From: Camelus dromedarius
Taxonomy: Eukaryota
Direction: 5' to 3'
DNA length: 64,000 nucleotides
NCBI RefSeq assembly: GCF_036321535.1
Contig: NC_087436.1
Coordinates: forward strand, 37,202,001-37,266,000
In this document: piece by piece, positions 49,429 through 63,614 of the stretch
Numbering within the stretch: the stretch's first letter is position 1
How the letters are laid out: every line of letters starts with the position of its first letter
Translations under genes and position numbers: made by a program
The notes under the pieces: generated by a model
What the model saw: only the letters and a program-made list of their open reading frames with translations
Database searches by the model: none
What the model was told of the DNA's origin: nothing

Positions 49429-52400
49429 TTTTTTTTAAATTGAGATATAATTGACATAACATTATATTAGTTTCAGGTGCACAACGTAGCAACTCAATAT
49501 TTGTATATATTGTGAAATGATTACCAAAATAAGTCTAGTTAACAACCATCACCATACACAGTTACAAAACATTTTTTTTCTTGTGATGAGAACTTTCAAG
49601 ATCTATTCTTAGCTACTTTCAAATATGCAACATAGTATGATTAACTATAGTCACTAAGTATACATTACATCCCTATGACTTACTCAGTTTATAACTGGAA
49701 ATTTATACATTTTGTTCCCCTTCACCCATTTCACCTACCACTCACTCCCCACCCCAGTCTCGAGCAACCAAAATTTATTCTCTGTATCCATGAGCTTGGA
49801 TTTATTTGTTTTATTTATTTTTGTTTTACATTTCATATGTGAGATCTTACGGTATTTATCTTTTTCTGTCTGACTTACTTCACTTAGCATAATGCGCTCA
49901 AGTTCTAACCATGTTGTCACAAATGACAAGATTTCATTTTTTATGGCTGAATAACATTTACACACACACATTCACACACAAACACACACACACTACATTT
50001 TCTTTACCCATTCATCCATAGATAGATTTTGGCTGTTTCCATATCTTGGCTATTATAAATAACGCTGCAATGAACATGGCGGTGCATACATCTTCCTGAA
50101 TTAGTGTTTTCATTTTCTTCAAATAATGAATTCAAAATAGAATTGTTGGATCATATGGTAGTCCTATTTTTAATTTTTTGAGGAACCTCCAAACTGTTTT
50201 CCATGTTAGCTGCACAATTTTCCATTCCTACCAACAGTGTACAGGGATTCCCTTTTCACCATATCCTCTCCAATATTGTTATTTCTTGTCTTTTTGATGA
50301 CAGTTACTCTAACAGGAGTGAGGTGATAGCTCATTGTGGTTTTTATTTGCATTTCCCTGCTGATTAGTGATGTTGAGCATCTTTTCATATACCTTTTGGC
50401 CACCTGTGTATCTTCTTTGGAAAAAATGTCTATTCAGATCCTCTGCTTATTTTTTAAAATTGAAATATAGTTGACGTACAACATTGTGTTAGTTTCAGGT
50501 ATATTACAGTGGTTAAATATTTGCATATGTTATGAAATGATTACCATTTTAATTCTAGTAACCATCTATTCCAATGCAAAGTTATTATAAAGTTACAGCA
50601 TTTTCCCTATGCTGTGTTTTACATCCCTGTGACTTATATAACAAGAGGTTTGTAGATCTTAATCCCCTACACCTGTTTTCCCCACACCCTAATCCCCTTC
50701 CTTCTGGTAACCACTAGTTTGTTCTCTGTATCTGTGAGTTTTTTCATTTTGTTTTGTTTTGTTTTGTGTTTTAGAATCTACATATATTTGAGATCATGTG
50801 ATACTTGTCTTTCTGAGTTATTTCACTTAACACATAATACCCTCTAGATCCATTCATGTTGTTGCAAATGGCAAGATTTCTTTCTTTTTATGGCTGAGTA
50901 ATATTCCATTGTGTATGTATATCCATAATTCTATCTCTTTGTCTTTTTATCTATCTACACCACATCTTTTTTATCCATTCATATATTGATGGACATTTAG
51001 GTTACTTCCATGTCTTGGCTTTTGTAAATAATATTGTAATGAACATTAACATGAATATATGCTTTTGAATTAGTGTTTTTGTTTTCTTCAGGTAAATATG
51101 CAGAAGTGAAATTGCTGGATCATATGGTAATTCTATTTTTATTTTTTTGATTAAACTTTGTGCTGTTTTCCATAGTGACTGCACCAATTTGTAATCTGAC
51201 AAAGAATGCTGGAGGATTCCCTTTTTCCCACATGCTAGCCAGTGCTTGTTAATATTGTCTTTGTAATGAGAGCCATTCTGACAGGTGTGAGGTGATAGGT
51301 CCTTGTGGTTTTGACTTGCATTTCCCTTGTGATTAGTGATGTTGAGCATCTTTTCATGTGTCGGTTGACCATCTATGTCTTACTTGAACAAATACCTTTT
51401 CAGATCCTCTGCCCATTCTTCATCCAGGTTCTTTGTTTTTTTGATGTTGAGATGTATGAGTTCATCGTATATTTTACATATTAACCGCTTGTCAGATATG
51501 TTGTTTGCAAGTGTCTTCTCCCATTCAGCAGTCTGAATGAGCTTTGTTAGTAGCTTCCTTTAGTTATTGTTGATAGCTTCTTCACCTTGAAAAAGACTTT
51601 TAGTTTGATGTGGCCCCATTTATTTATTTTTGCTTTTGTTTCCCTTGCCTGAGGAGACATATCCAAAAAAGTATTGATAAGACCAATGTCAAAGAGCATA
51701 CTACCTATGTTCTCTTCTAGGAGTTTTTATGGTTTGAAGTCTTACATTTAAGTCTTTAATCCATTTTGAGTTTATTTTTGTATATGGGTTGAGTAAGTAG
51801 TCCAGTTTGATTCTTTTGCATGTAGCTGTCCAGTTTTCCCAAATCCATTTATTGAAGAGGCTATCTTTCCCATTGTACATTCTTGCCTCCTTCATCATAG
51901 ATGAATTGAATATGTAAGTGTGGATTTATTCTGGACTCTTATTCTGTTCCATTGATCTTACATTTCTTTTGTTTTGTGTCAGCATATACTGTTTACTGTA
52001 GCTTTCTAGTATAGTTGTAAGCCAGGGTGTGTGATACCTCCATCTTTGTTCTTCTCTCTCAAGTTTGTTTTGGCTATTTGGGGTCTTTTGTGTTTCCATA
52101 CAAATTTTAGAGTTATTTGTTCTAGTTCTGTGAAAAATCACATTGGTATTTTAATAGAGATTGCATTGAATATGTAGATTGCCTTGGGTAGTATGATCAT
52201 TTTAACAATATTAATTCTTCTAATCCAAGAACATGGTGTATCTTTCCATTTGCTTGTGTCATCTTCAGTTTCTTTCATTAGTGTCTTATGGTTTTCAAAG
52301 TATTGGTTTTTAACTCCTTGATTAGATTCATTCCTAGGTATTTTATTTTTGATTCACTTGTAAGTGGAATAGTTTTCTTAATTTCTATTTCTGATATTTT

Positions 52401-53235
52401 CTTGTTAGTGTATAGAAATGCAACAGGTTTTTGTATACTAATTTTATATCCTGCAACCTTACTGAATTCATTTATTAGTTCTGAAGTTTTTTTTTGTGTG
52501 TGTGGCATCTTAAAGATTTTCTATAGGTAGTGTTATGTCACCTGCAAAGAGTGACAGTTTTATTTCTTCCTTTCCAATCTGGATGCCTTTCCAATCTTGT
52601 CTGATTACTGTGGCTTACTTACAATACTATGTTAAATATAAGTGGGGAGAGTGGGCATTCTTGTATTCCTGTTATTAGAGGAAATATTTTCAGCTTTTCA
52701 CTGTTGAGTATGATGTTAGCTGTGGGCTTGCCAAATTGTCTTTAATTTCACTATGGTTTTTATTTATATCTTTAGTTGTGGAAAATCTTTTCTGCTAGGC
52801 TTCAGATATTTTTCATTGATATTGGTTTGTAAATGACTGTAATTTTGGTGTGCCCACTGGGGGAGTGAGCCCGGGTCTTCCTACTTTGCTATCTTGGACA
52901 CACCTCCTCCTTCTGCCCATTTATTAATCTGACTTTTTCTTTTGAATTGTATACATTCTTTATATATTTGGGATATTAACATCTTCTCAGATGTATAATT
53001 TGCAAATATTTTCTCCTATTCAGCAGGTTGCCTTTTTATTTTGTTGACAGTTTCCTTTGCTGTGCAGAAACTTTTTAGGTTGATGTCGTCTCAGTTACTT
53101 ATTTTTGCTTTTGTTGCCTTTGCTTTCAGTGTCAAATCCAACAAATCATTGTCAAGACCTATGCAAAGGATCTTACTACCTATGTTTTGTCTAGGCGTTT
53201 TATGATTTCAGGTCTTGAATGTCAAGTCTAATTCT
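49429..53235 (-). mobile_element. 5'-truncated L1 (host), split by a nested L1
   Basis: Poly-T and 3' UTR from 49425; ORF2 end resumes at ~52923; perfect TSD cttctcactttt at 49417-49428 and 53236-53247, followed by aa (TTTT/AA endonuclease site). Confidence 0.9.
50453..52911 (-). mobile_element. Nested L1: 3' UTR plus 3' half of ORF2, joined to the extreme 5' UTR
   Basis: ORF2 peptides FSKVAGYKISIQKPVAFLYT and [13 protein letters not shown]; 52748-52910 resembles the 5' terminus of the L1 at 36200-36358; TSD tctgc(tt/cc)attt at 50442-50452 and 52912-52922. Confidence 0.82.
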
Positions 53236-53596
53236 CTTCTCACTTTTAACACTTCTCCAAGAGGTGGGCTGGGGAAGGGAAAACAATGTAATATTTACAT
53301 TAGTTTTATTACCTGTGCACATTGTGAATTTGGGGATGAAAGCAAGGTTGAGATAAAGCAACTTATTTGCTATTTAAATTTTGTTTTATAGATATTACAC
53401 TTTGATATTTATAGTCTGTGGTTATTCATATCTTTGTTCTCATGATGTTATGTACAGTGACAGATTCACTGATTTGTCCAGTGTCCCATCAGAATCAGGG
53501 AGAGACCTGGATTAGCTGCTATAATGATTTGAATGATGTTGAGACTTGTGTTTACTCTTATTGTTATTGCTGCTGAGCATATGCATTACTACTTAA

Positions 53597-54165
53597 GAAA
53601 TTAATAGACTTTATTTCTTAGAGTAGTTTTAGGTTTACAGAAAATTGAACAGAAAGTACAGAGTTCCCATTTATTTCCATCCATCCCCCTGCACCACGGT
53701 TTCCCCTATTAATAACATCTTGCATTGTTGTGATGCATTTGTTACAACTGATGAACCAAAATTAATACATTATTATTAACTGAACCCCAGAGTTTACAGT
53801 AGTGTTCACTCTTTGTGTTACACAGTTCATGAGTTTTGTTAAATGTGTAATGCTATGTATTGAGCATTACTGTGTCGTATAGATTAGTTTTACTGCCCTA
53901 AAAATCTGTGCTTCACCTAATTCATCGCTCCAACTACCACCCTCCTCCTGCTGTGTCCCTGGCAACCTCTGATCTTTTTATTCTCTCTATAGTTTTGCCT
54001 TTTCCAGGTTGTGATATGGTTGTTCCTCCATTTTTTTTTGTATGTGTGTGTGGATAATATATATATATTTTTTTTACCGTGGATAATATTCCATTGTAAG
54101 ATTACTGCACTTTATTTATGTAACCTGCTGAAGGACATCTTGGCTGCTTCAAACTTTGGGCTATT
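53597..54165 (-). mobile_element. L1MB1/2-like 3' UTR
   Basis: ttaatagactttatttcttagagtagttttaggtttacagaaaattgaacagaaagtacagagttcccat. Confidence 0.82.
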
Positions 54166-54203
54166 TATTCGTTTGATGCCAGCACCTTGACTCTTTTCCT
54201 AAC

Positions 54204-54663
54204 TGTGGTAGGCTAACACATAGCCCCCAGGAGATGTCCAAGTCCTAATCCCTGGATCCTGTGGATGTTACCTTATGGCAAAAAAAAACCTTTGCAGATG
54301 GGACTAAATTAAGGATCTTGATATGGCAGAATATTCTGGATTATCCTAAGTAAAATCACATGCATCCTTACAAGAGGAGGCAGAGAGAGATCTTATGAGA
54401 GAAAGGTATTGTGAGCATAGAGGCAGAGATTGTAGTGTTGTGATTATAAACCATAGGATTCCAGCAGCCACCAGAGGCTGGGACGGGCAGGAACCGATCC
54501 TTCTCTCCTAGAGCCTCCCGAGGTAGTGTGACTCTCCCTAGAACTTGATTTCAGCCCAGTGAAAACCGATGTTGCACTTCTGGCCTCCAGAACTATGAGA
54601 GAATAGATTTATGTTCCTTTAAGCCACCCCGTTTGTTTCCAACACCTGCTGGAAATGAGCACA
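54204..54663 (+). mobile_element. MaLR solo LTR, MLT1D-like
   Basis: tgtggtaggct...gatgtccaagtcctaatccctgga...tttgcagatgggactaaattaaggatcttga...acttctggcctccagaactatgagagaatag. Confidence 0.88.
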
Positions 54664-56834
54664 CTGCCTGTGCTCGCTTGGCATTAGCCTGGTGAATGAT
54701 GCTCAGAGCACTCAGCTGGAGCAGCTGGATGCTCCATTACCCATCCCCTACCTGGAACATGAATTATGAGCAGAGGAAGAAAAAATCTAAGGATAGCTGG
54801 GTGTTATTTATCCTAGCAGGTTACTGTCAGCTTTTTCCTGCAACTGTGACTCTCTTGAGCTGCCTAGTTCCTTTCTTTTTTTTTAAACTGAGACTGGTTC
54901 TAAACCTTTTGCCTCAATCCTATCAGTATATTGGTATACTTATAATAAATCCGCTTATTACTTAATGTGAGCAGAGTTGCTTTCTGCTTTTTTCAACCAA
55001 GAAATTCTATCTAGTTACCTAGAAATATTGCTCTTTATTTCCTTGTTTTCATAAGTAACCATCTCAGGCTACGCTTGGTTCAACTTTCAGAATTCAAAAT
55101 AAGAGTTCAGCACTTGGTACCAAGTTGCTTTCATAAGGCAGCTGAGAAGCCCTGGAGCAATCTTATCACATATGAATGTGTAAGAGCTTCTAGAATAAAA
55201 GGTCCTGGTGAAATAACTTTTACTTTGTGATACAAGAACTATCAGCAGGACTTCTGTCTTTAACAATAATAGAGACTGTATTTTAAAAAGTAGAGAGCTG
55301 AGAGTGGGAAAAGATGGAACGTAGAATAAACATTACAAAATTACAGGATTAACTTTGATTTATGAACTTCAGTTCAGACTATAATAATGTCTCTGTAAAA
55401 AAGCGATAATGGCACACAGAACTAAACTTATGTTTATTTTTTAGTTTATTTTAATAAATATAAAGCTGTGTCAGTTTCCCAAGCATTGAAGGAGTAGGGT
55501 CTTAGGACATGCCTCTAGCATTGAACATGATACACAGCAGATGCTCAGTTATTATCTGTTGAATAAATGATTAAATGAACAAACATGAATCTAATGAACA
55601 GATATAAAGGTGAAGGTTCACTTATTTAGAAGGAGGGCATTCCTAAGAGATGACGCAATACAAATGGTAGGAGAGTTGTGAACCATCATCATTTTATTTT
55701 ATTGATCTCAAAAATGGTAGAAAAGATCAAGAAGAGAAATTAAGTAGGCAATTGTTTCCAGCCTGATCTCATAAAAGGCAAAAGAGTGAGATAATCTTTT
55801 CCCCTTTGTGGCACCATAAAGCAATGTTGACCAGCTTATGTAATCTGCAAAGGAAATGTTTATGTATCTAACCCCTTAGCTATGCCTTTAATGTTTAGAA
55901 GAGCAGGAAACACAGTCCATTATTGAAAAATCTCACTATTAAATAATCAGGCACATCCGGGAGAAGCAGGGAGTGATGTAATACAGTTCTTGGTTTTTCT
56001 CCTTCAGTTGCACAGCCATCCCCAGCACGCCGACCACTGGCAGGAGCTTTTCTCTCCTCTGCCTCCAACATCAGCCCTGCAGGGTTTCACCCATTAGCCC
56101 CGCCCCTGCTCCTGCCCCTGCCCACGTGCCTGCCCCTACCCCTGCGCACACACACACTCCTCGACTTCTTCATTCTCTTAGGCTTTGGTTTGAGTTGTCA
56201 GTTGTTCAGTCCATTTGGGTTTTTCCCTGGAAGCACCTGGGATAAGGGTGCTTCAGATGTGGCAGGTGGGAGGAGAGAATAAAGAAAGACAGCTTCCTGG
56301 TCCAACTTCAGGGTGTTATACTAGGGAAACCGTTCTCCTGCTAAGACAAACTGTCTCTTTGCACACAACTCTGGTGCCCTATTATGTTCAGAGTCTTTGT
56401 CTTCCTTGTTTGACTTACCAAGTTCATCTTAGATCACTCAGTTTTTAGCATAATGTATTATAATGTTAAAAAATTGCTTAAAAATTCTGCTAGTGTTACA
56501 TCCTTGAGGTATTATGCTGAAAAAGAGTCTCTGTTGCTTTCCTCTGCCTAACCTCTATCTATTATTCTAGTATGACAGGCTTTTGTAGAAGAGAGAACAG
56601 ATAGCTGCAGACATAGGTGATTTGGGAGATGGCAAAAGACCCATTTATTCACAATATTTTTGGGACCTGTACTTCCTGCTATTTTTCTATTAGTCTTTTC
56701 CCTGAATGTTGTTTTAAACATGCATTTATGCTATCAAGAACTGATTTACGTAGGTTAAGTAGTCCACTGTCAGAGAGGAGAGTCTTATCTGTTTGAGACA
56801 CAGAGGGGTTGGTTTTGATGGGGGAGAGTGAGAC

Positions 56835-57327
56835 TGTTACCGAACCAAACTTGGGTCCTCTCACCCACACGCAGTAAAGCCAGTCTACTGACACAGGATT
56901 GTGGTCAAGGAAATGGCAGCATTTACTGTAAGGCACTGGACAAGGAGTCTGGGACAGCTAGTGCTCAAAAAGCCTGAACTCCCCAATGGGTTTCAGCAAA
57001 GCATTTTTAAAGGCCAGATGAGGGAGGAGTCCTAGGGTATGTGATCACTTTCCACACAATTCTCTGATTGGTTGAAGGTGAGGTACCAGGGTGGTGTCAC
57101 AGGGGTTAACGTTATCAATTCTTAATGGCTATTAGGTCTGCGGGCTTCTTCTCATGGTCATCAGGTGGTTAATTTCTTCCATTTGGTGGGGGTTTTAGCA
57201 TCTGCAAAACAACTCAGGAAGTGTGGATCAGGTACTATCACCTAGGTGCTTCAGAGAGGAGCTACAGCAGAGGACATGAGGGAGGGGTCTGTCCTGGGAA
57301 GGCCCCATAGGGACCTGCTCATTTATA
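56835..57327 (-). mobile_element. ERV1 solo LTR (MER39/LTR39-like)
   Basis: tgttaccgaaccaaacttgggtcc...cctgctcatttata; 4-bp TSD agac/agaa. Confidence 0.78.
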
Positions 57328-57899
57328 AGAATGTGGAGGGAGAGTTCACAAGCTCCAAGAGCAGTGCTGGGGAAAGTCCTGTCGAGGTGGGATTCCAGAA
57401 TTATTTCTGTGTGAGCAGGGGAACCACCGGAGGCAGGGCAGAAGGCCAGGAGGGCCAGTCCTGCTTATAATTTGAGGGACTCACGAGTTCTAGGGGGCTG
57501 ACAGTTCCTCGCAAACAATGCTTTTCTTCATTAAAGTTGACTATTACTTTTAACTGTTTATTTGGAAATAATTTCAAACTTACAAATTGATATTATTTTA
57601 AGAAAGCGTGTATTTTGGTAAAATTAGCGAAGGCCTCAGGGGATAGGAGACTGTGGAGACGTTAAGATGAATTCTCTTTTCTTATGTTGTGGCCGGGTGG
57701 GTGCTGAGCAAGGATAAGCCCAGGAGTTAGGGGGAACTGTTTTCCTTGCTTTCCCTCCTGCTTCTCTCTGTTTCTCTTTGATTTTAAGGACTCAAGAGTC
57801 ATTATTTTCCTTCCTTTTCTAGTTCTCATGGTTTTTATTCATAAAATACTGATTAATCATAACTATCTCTTTGTGTTGTGGTTATATACCTGATTGAAA

Positions 57900-59765
57900 G
57901 ATGCCAGGTATTACAAACAAAAAGTGTAGCATAACATTAGCAATGAGCATTTAGAAATGAAAGTAACCTATCATTTAATGGCAATAAAAATATGTGGGAT
58001 ATCTAAGAATAAATCTAACATAAAATGTGCCTGGTATCTATAGAGAAAATTGCAAGCCTTATTGACAGGTAGTAAATAAGAGCCAAGAAGACTCAAATAA
58101 ATGGAGAGACATACACTCAATATTTCACAATTTCAAGATTGAATATAGCAGTAAATAATCTTTTTAAATGAGTATATTAAAAAGCAATATAGTAAGTTTT
58201 TTTTAATTAAAAATATTCAACTAGAGTACAAACAAAACAAAGCAAAAAAATCCTCCCATCATCCCATAGTTACCTGAATGACTAATTCTGGGTTTTACAG
58301 AATTTCTGGAAATGTCCTACAGAAACACAAAGAAAATGCTGTATCTTAAATAACCTGGAAAGAAAAAAGCATGTAACTGGAATATATGTGGAAACTGTGT
58401 TTCAAGATGACTTGAAAATGTCCCAGTGATGATCAAAAAACCATGATATCAAGATCAAATTGATCTTTAAAGTCAGTACAATTCTAATCTTAATCCCAGT
58501 TGGAATTCTAAAATTTATGTGGAGTAGCAAAGATCCAATAATAACAAGACACCTCTAAAGAACTAAGTCAGGGCTACTTGCTTTACCAGGTACCTTGTCT
58601 TATGTAAAACTATGGCCATTGAGGTGGTTTGGTGTAGACACAAGGGTAGACAGACTGGCCATCAATGGGGGTGGGCAGGGAAGAAGATGGCAGGAGAATA
58701 GAGAGGCCAGAGCAGACTGGTGCATAAATAGAAATTCAGTACTTGTAAAGCACTAGGAAGTTTACCCATAATTTTTGGAAAATTGGTTATCTCTATGGAA
58801 ATTCTTGATTGATTCTCTACATCTTACAATATATAATAATGACTTCCAGGTGGAGCAAAACTGAAATATGGAAGGCAAAACTGTATAGCATTTAAAAGGA
58901 AATACAAGGAGAGTATCTTTAGGACTTTAGGGTAAGGAGGAATTTCACAGAAAAGGATACAAAAGTGCAGAAGAAATGAGAAACAATTGATAAATTTAGC
59001 TACGTTAAAATTAGGAATAACTGTTTATCAAAATATACCGTAAACTGAATAGGAAACAGTTCATACAATGGGAAAAGACAAGTGTACCACATTAAACCGT
59101 CAAAGGATATTCAGAATATATGTTTGCAAAAATATTAAAAACTTGCAAGAGACATGTACAGATATTTCATAGGGGATGAAAAATAATGAGTAATAATTGT
59201 ATGATAAGATGTTAGTTTTATTAATAACCAAAGATATCCAAAACAACAAAATTGGTATACCATTTCATCCTTTTAATATTGGCTAGAGTCTAACAATTCC
59301 AAGTGTAGGTGAATATTGGAAGCAACAAAACAATACTCTGCCAAAGGCACTGTAAACTAGTGCTTTGGAAAAAACTGGCATTATCTAATAAAGTGAAATA
59401 CACACCAGCTCTATGACCCAGGTGTTTAACTTCTAGGTATATACTCTATATAAACATGTATACCTGGAGACATAAACAAGAGTGTCCATAGTATCATTGT
59501 ATATAATGGTGAAAAAATGAAAGTAACAGAATGGATAAATAAACTGTGGTATATCACACAGTGGAATACTAGACATTCATGAAAATGAATGGATCACAAC
59601 TACACACAACAAGAGTAAATCTCAAAGGTGATGTTGATTTTATTAGATACACAAGTGGTGTATATGGAAAAGCAAGGATGTGATTAACACAAAACTGCAC
59701 AGAATTGTTATCTCTGGAAGGGAAGGATGAAGATATGATTGAGAGGGTTGTACGGGAGATTTTTG
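57900..59765 (+). mobile_element. Ancient L1ME-type ORF2 end and 3' UTR
   Basis: atctaagaataaatctaaca...aataaatggagagacatac...ttgataaatttagctacgttaaaattag...aatggataaataaactgtggtatat. Confidence 0.7.
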
Positions 59766-59769
59766 ACAC

Positions 59770-60231
59770 TTATTAAGCAAGAATTCCAAGAGAGGAGACC
59801 TGGTTGAAATAAAGAGGCATTTATTTGGGGTTTGTTAGGACTGAAGCCCAGGAGACATAGTTTCAAGAAGCTTTTGAACTGTGCTCTGCCATACCACAAA
59901 ATGCAGGAAACTTATAAAGCCGAAACTGCAAGGTTATATAAATTGTTTGTCAAGAATTAAGATTGGAGCTGGCAAGAAGTAAGAGTGCTTGCTAAGTAAA
60001 GATTGGGTTGGGTTTGAAATAATTACACAGATGCAAGTTTAGGGGGGACTTTGAAAGTACAGGGTTGCAGGTAGCAGCTTCTAACAGAAACTGTTTTGAA
60101 AACAGCTAGTGGTGTCCTTGAGCTTGATACAATTCAGAAAATTCAAGTTCTTAGTGATGCAGGAAGAAGTCTGAAATCAGGGTCTCACAGTGGCCACCTG
60201 GCTCCATTTTGGATGCTTGAACCACGTTATA
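59770..60231 (-). mobile_element. ERV1-like solo LTR nested in the old L1
   Basis: tttatttgggg...ggactgaagcccaggagacatagtttcaagaagc...tggctccattttggatg; layout of a MER41/ERV1-like LTR in antisense. Confidence 0.55.
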
Positions 60232-60350
60232 AAATTTTGATTTTTAAATGATCTCAGATATGTCATCATGTTTGTAATGTCTTCTTACTTTAGGTAGTGT
60301 GTCCATGAGTGTTATTTAATTTTTATTCTTTACTCTGTGTATGTACTTTA

Positions 60351-61260
60351 TTTTTTATTAACATTTTTTATCGAGAGTAATAGTCATTTTACAATGTTGT
60401 GTCAAATTCCAGTGTAGAGCACAGTTTTCCAGTTATACATGAACATACATATATTCATTGTCACACTTTTTTTTTGCTGTGAGCTACCACAAGATCTTGA
60501 ATATATTTCCCTGTGCTATACAGTATAATCTTGTTTATCTATTCTACATTTTGAAATCCCAGTCTGTCCCTTTCCACCGCCTGCCCCCTTGGCTACCATG
60601 AGTTTATATTCTATGTCTATGAGTCTGTTTCTGTTTTGTATTTATGGTTTTTTTTTTTTTTTTTTTTTTTTTTAGATTCTACATATGAGTGATCTCATAT
60701 GGTATTTTTATTTCTGGTTTACTTCACTTAGAATGACATTCTCCAGAAACATCCATGTTGCTGCAAATGGCATTACGTTGTCAGTTTTTATGGCTGAATA
60801 GTATTCCATTGTATAAATATACCACTTCTTTATCCAGTCATCTGTTGATGGACATTTAGGCTGTTTCCATGTCTTGGCTATTGTAAACAGTGCTGCTATG
60901 AACATGGGGGCGCAGGTGTCATTTTGAAGTAGGGTTCTTTCTGGATGTATGCCAGGAGCGGGATTCCTGGGTCATCTGGTAAATCTGTTCCTAGTCTTTT
61001 GAGGAATCTCCACTGTTTTCCACAGTGGCTGCACCAAACTGCATTCCCACCAGCAGTGTAGGAGGGTTCCCCTTTCTCCACAGCCTCTCCAGCATTTGTC
61101 ATTTGTGGACTTTTGAACAATGGTCATTCTGACTGGTGTGAGGTGATACCTCATTGTAGTTTTGATTTGCGTTTCTCTGATAATTAGTGATATTGAGCAT
61201 TTTTTCATGTGCCTATTGATCATTTGTATTTCTTCCTTGGAGAATTGCTTGCTTAGGTCT
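60351..61260 (-). mobile_element. Young camelid L1, 5'-truncated; same subfamily as 30187-32461
   Basis: Highly similar to 30195-31105 (cattttacaatgttgtgtcaaattccagtgtagagcaca; shared [10 protein letters not shown]). Confidence 0.95.
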
Positions 61261-62329
61261 TTATATGCTTATAAATACATATACAAATACATGTGTATCT
61301 ACATATATTTAACGTACACAAAGCCTGAAACAGAAAAGTTACTTAATAACCATTAGTTTTCCTTTTCTCTCCTTCTACCTTCTGCGACATGACTATGGTC
61401 TGATCAAATCCTTTAAGATTAAGCTGGTGACGGTGAAATAACAGTGGTAGAACACTTTCAGTTTTACATTGTACTGTTCAAAGGAGACAACATTTCAAGG
61501 CCATTAGTCAGGCAAATATGACAGGCAGAGCCAAGTCTGGCTGAATCCAGGATTTCTGATGAAAGACAGAGCTTGTCAAAGACTTGGTGATAATGGCTAC
61601 AGCCAGCTGTCTTGTACCAATTTCTGGCTACTAAGCCTATAGTAGCATCAGACCCCTCTGTGAAACGATTGCCAAGCATATGTGTATAGATTATTGTAAA
61701 TCAGTGTATTGTAGTTGCAAAGCAATTGACAAATTTAAAGTTTGTATTTAGATCGATGTTCCATATTTCATACCACCTTTGATAGTATAATTTAATGGTA
61801 TTTTGATGGGTCAGCCTACTTTATCAACTGCTTGAAACCTTTCTCTGCCTCAGAGGTAATCTCTCTGTTACCAGTTTTTGAAAATTTAGCAAGCAAGCCA
61901 ATAACACACATCCTCTTTCACTGCTTACTCAAACAAACCTTTCCCTTTAACATTTTTACTTTTTAAAAAATGAGATGACTCTAATAATCATGTTTGCTTT
62001 ACCTTCATATGCTAAATGTTGCTGCCATCTCCTTCCACCTTGGGTAGCACTATCCTTATGGGTCATTAAAGAGGTGATAGTTTTGTCTTGAGAAGGTGCC
62101 CATATCACATGCCGAGATAGTGCTTAGTGATTTTTAAACTTTTAAATATAGTTTGTAAAGTAATATATTATAATGATCTGTTATTCTCCTATTTAGTCAT
62201 CTCAGACGTGCACAGAGACAGGCCAGAGGAATGAATTGTGGCCTTGGGTGCTGTGCCATTGACCCCGATTTACAGCTGCTGAAATAACCTTGAAGTTTGT
62301 TTCTTGACTTGAGTTAGTATGGCTGTGCT

Positions 62330-62580
62330 GCCTTTAGAGTAGTGAAGATCCTGCTTCCTTCCACCTTGTTGCTCCAACCATGTCTAGGGTGTGATCCAAG
62401 ATGGGGCATCACTACATCTCCAGTTCCACTAGAGGGAAGAGGAAAAAGTGGGAAAAGAGTATACTCCTTTCTTTAAGGGCATACCATGGAAGTTGTACTC
62501 ATTACTTCTACTCATATACCATTGGCCAAAATTTGTCATTTGGCCACATCTAGTTGCAAGAGTTGTTGGAGTATATGGTC
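62330..62580 (-). mobile_element. Old MaLR LTR (MLT1J/K-like)
   Basis: cttccaccttgttgctcc...attacttctactcatataccattggccaaaatttgtcatttggccacatctagttgcaag. Confidence 0.65.
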
Positions 62581-63614
62581 ATGTCTCCAGATAAACAACA
62601 GATTTCTGAGACTGTGGGAGAAAAACCAAATGGCCATTCAGGGTTACTTGATCTTTCTGCCAAGAGCAAGTCCCAGGATTTAAAATTAATGGCTGTTTAG
62701 CCTCTTGTGTCATTTTATTTCCTTTAATGTTTTCCTCTCTTAGAGGAGGTTGCAGTAATCTTTGATGATTTTTCACCCCTGAAGTTCTAAGGCCTGGACA
62801 ACTGAAGATCATAAAGACTTCACTCCTATTCCCCCAACCCTTCTGTCCAAGATAAGCAGGAATTAAATTAACCAGCAATATCAATTTAACTTTTAGAGGT
62901 ATCCTTGATATTTATCAAATGTTTCAATTTATCTCTTTTTGGTCCTCTGACCTATAAGAATGGTAGCTAGGACATTAAAAAAAATGGGTCATCCTTTGCA
63001 AGAATTTTAAACAAAAAATATCTCTTGCAAGTATTTTAAATAAAAAATTTAGTATGTTGTTTGTTAGACAATGTCTTGGCTTGACATTTTGTATATTGCA
63101 GTATTCAAAACTGAACATTTTCAGGAGTGATACTGAGACTTAAAATAATGTTACAGTTGTAGGAGGTGAAATCCTTTTCACTTTTTAATAAAATTAACCA
63201 TCTTCTTTTAATGTTATTTGAATATTAACAATGTCATGCAGAAGGACATTACAGTTGGAGTCAGAATCTAGAGATTGTCCATCCTGGTTTATATTCCCTG
63301 CCTTCCACTTTAGAAAAGTTACTTCAGATTTTCTTGATTAAGAGGTTTTTGTTTTAGTAGAGGACTTAATCAGCCACTGTTAACTGGCATATATTTATCA
63401 ACACAAAGGCAGCATGGTGACTCGTGCCAGGTAGAGAAAACAGTATGATTTGACCCTTGACTTCGTTTTAAATTATCATTTTTTGTATAATGTATATTAG
63501 TTTACAAAATATTTCTTGCTTAATTTATCTTAGGGTCCTTATTAAGAGTGATTTAGGGAATATTTAAGGCACTTAAGGGGTGCCTTAGACATTAAGTATT
63601 TTTTAAAAGACTAA

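Noticed and set aside
60351..61260. Segmental duplication of 30195-31105
   Set aside because: Similarity is confined to the L1 body and the flanks differ, so these are independent insertions of one young subfamily.
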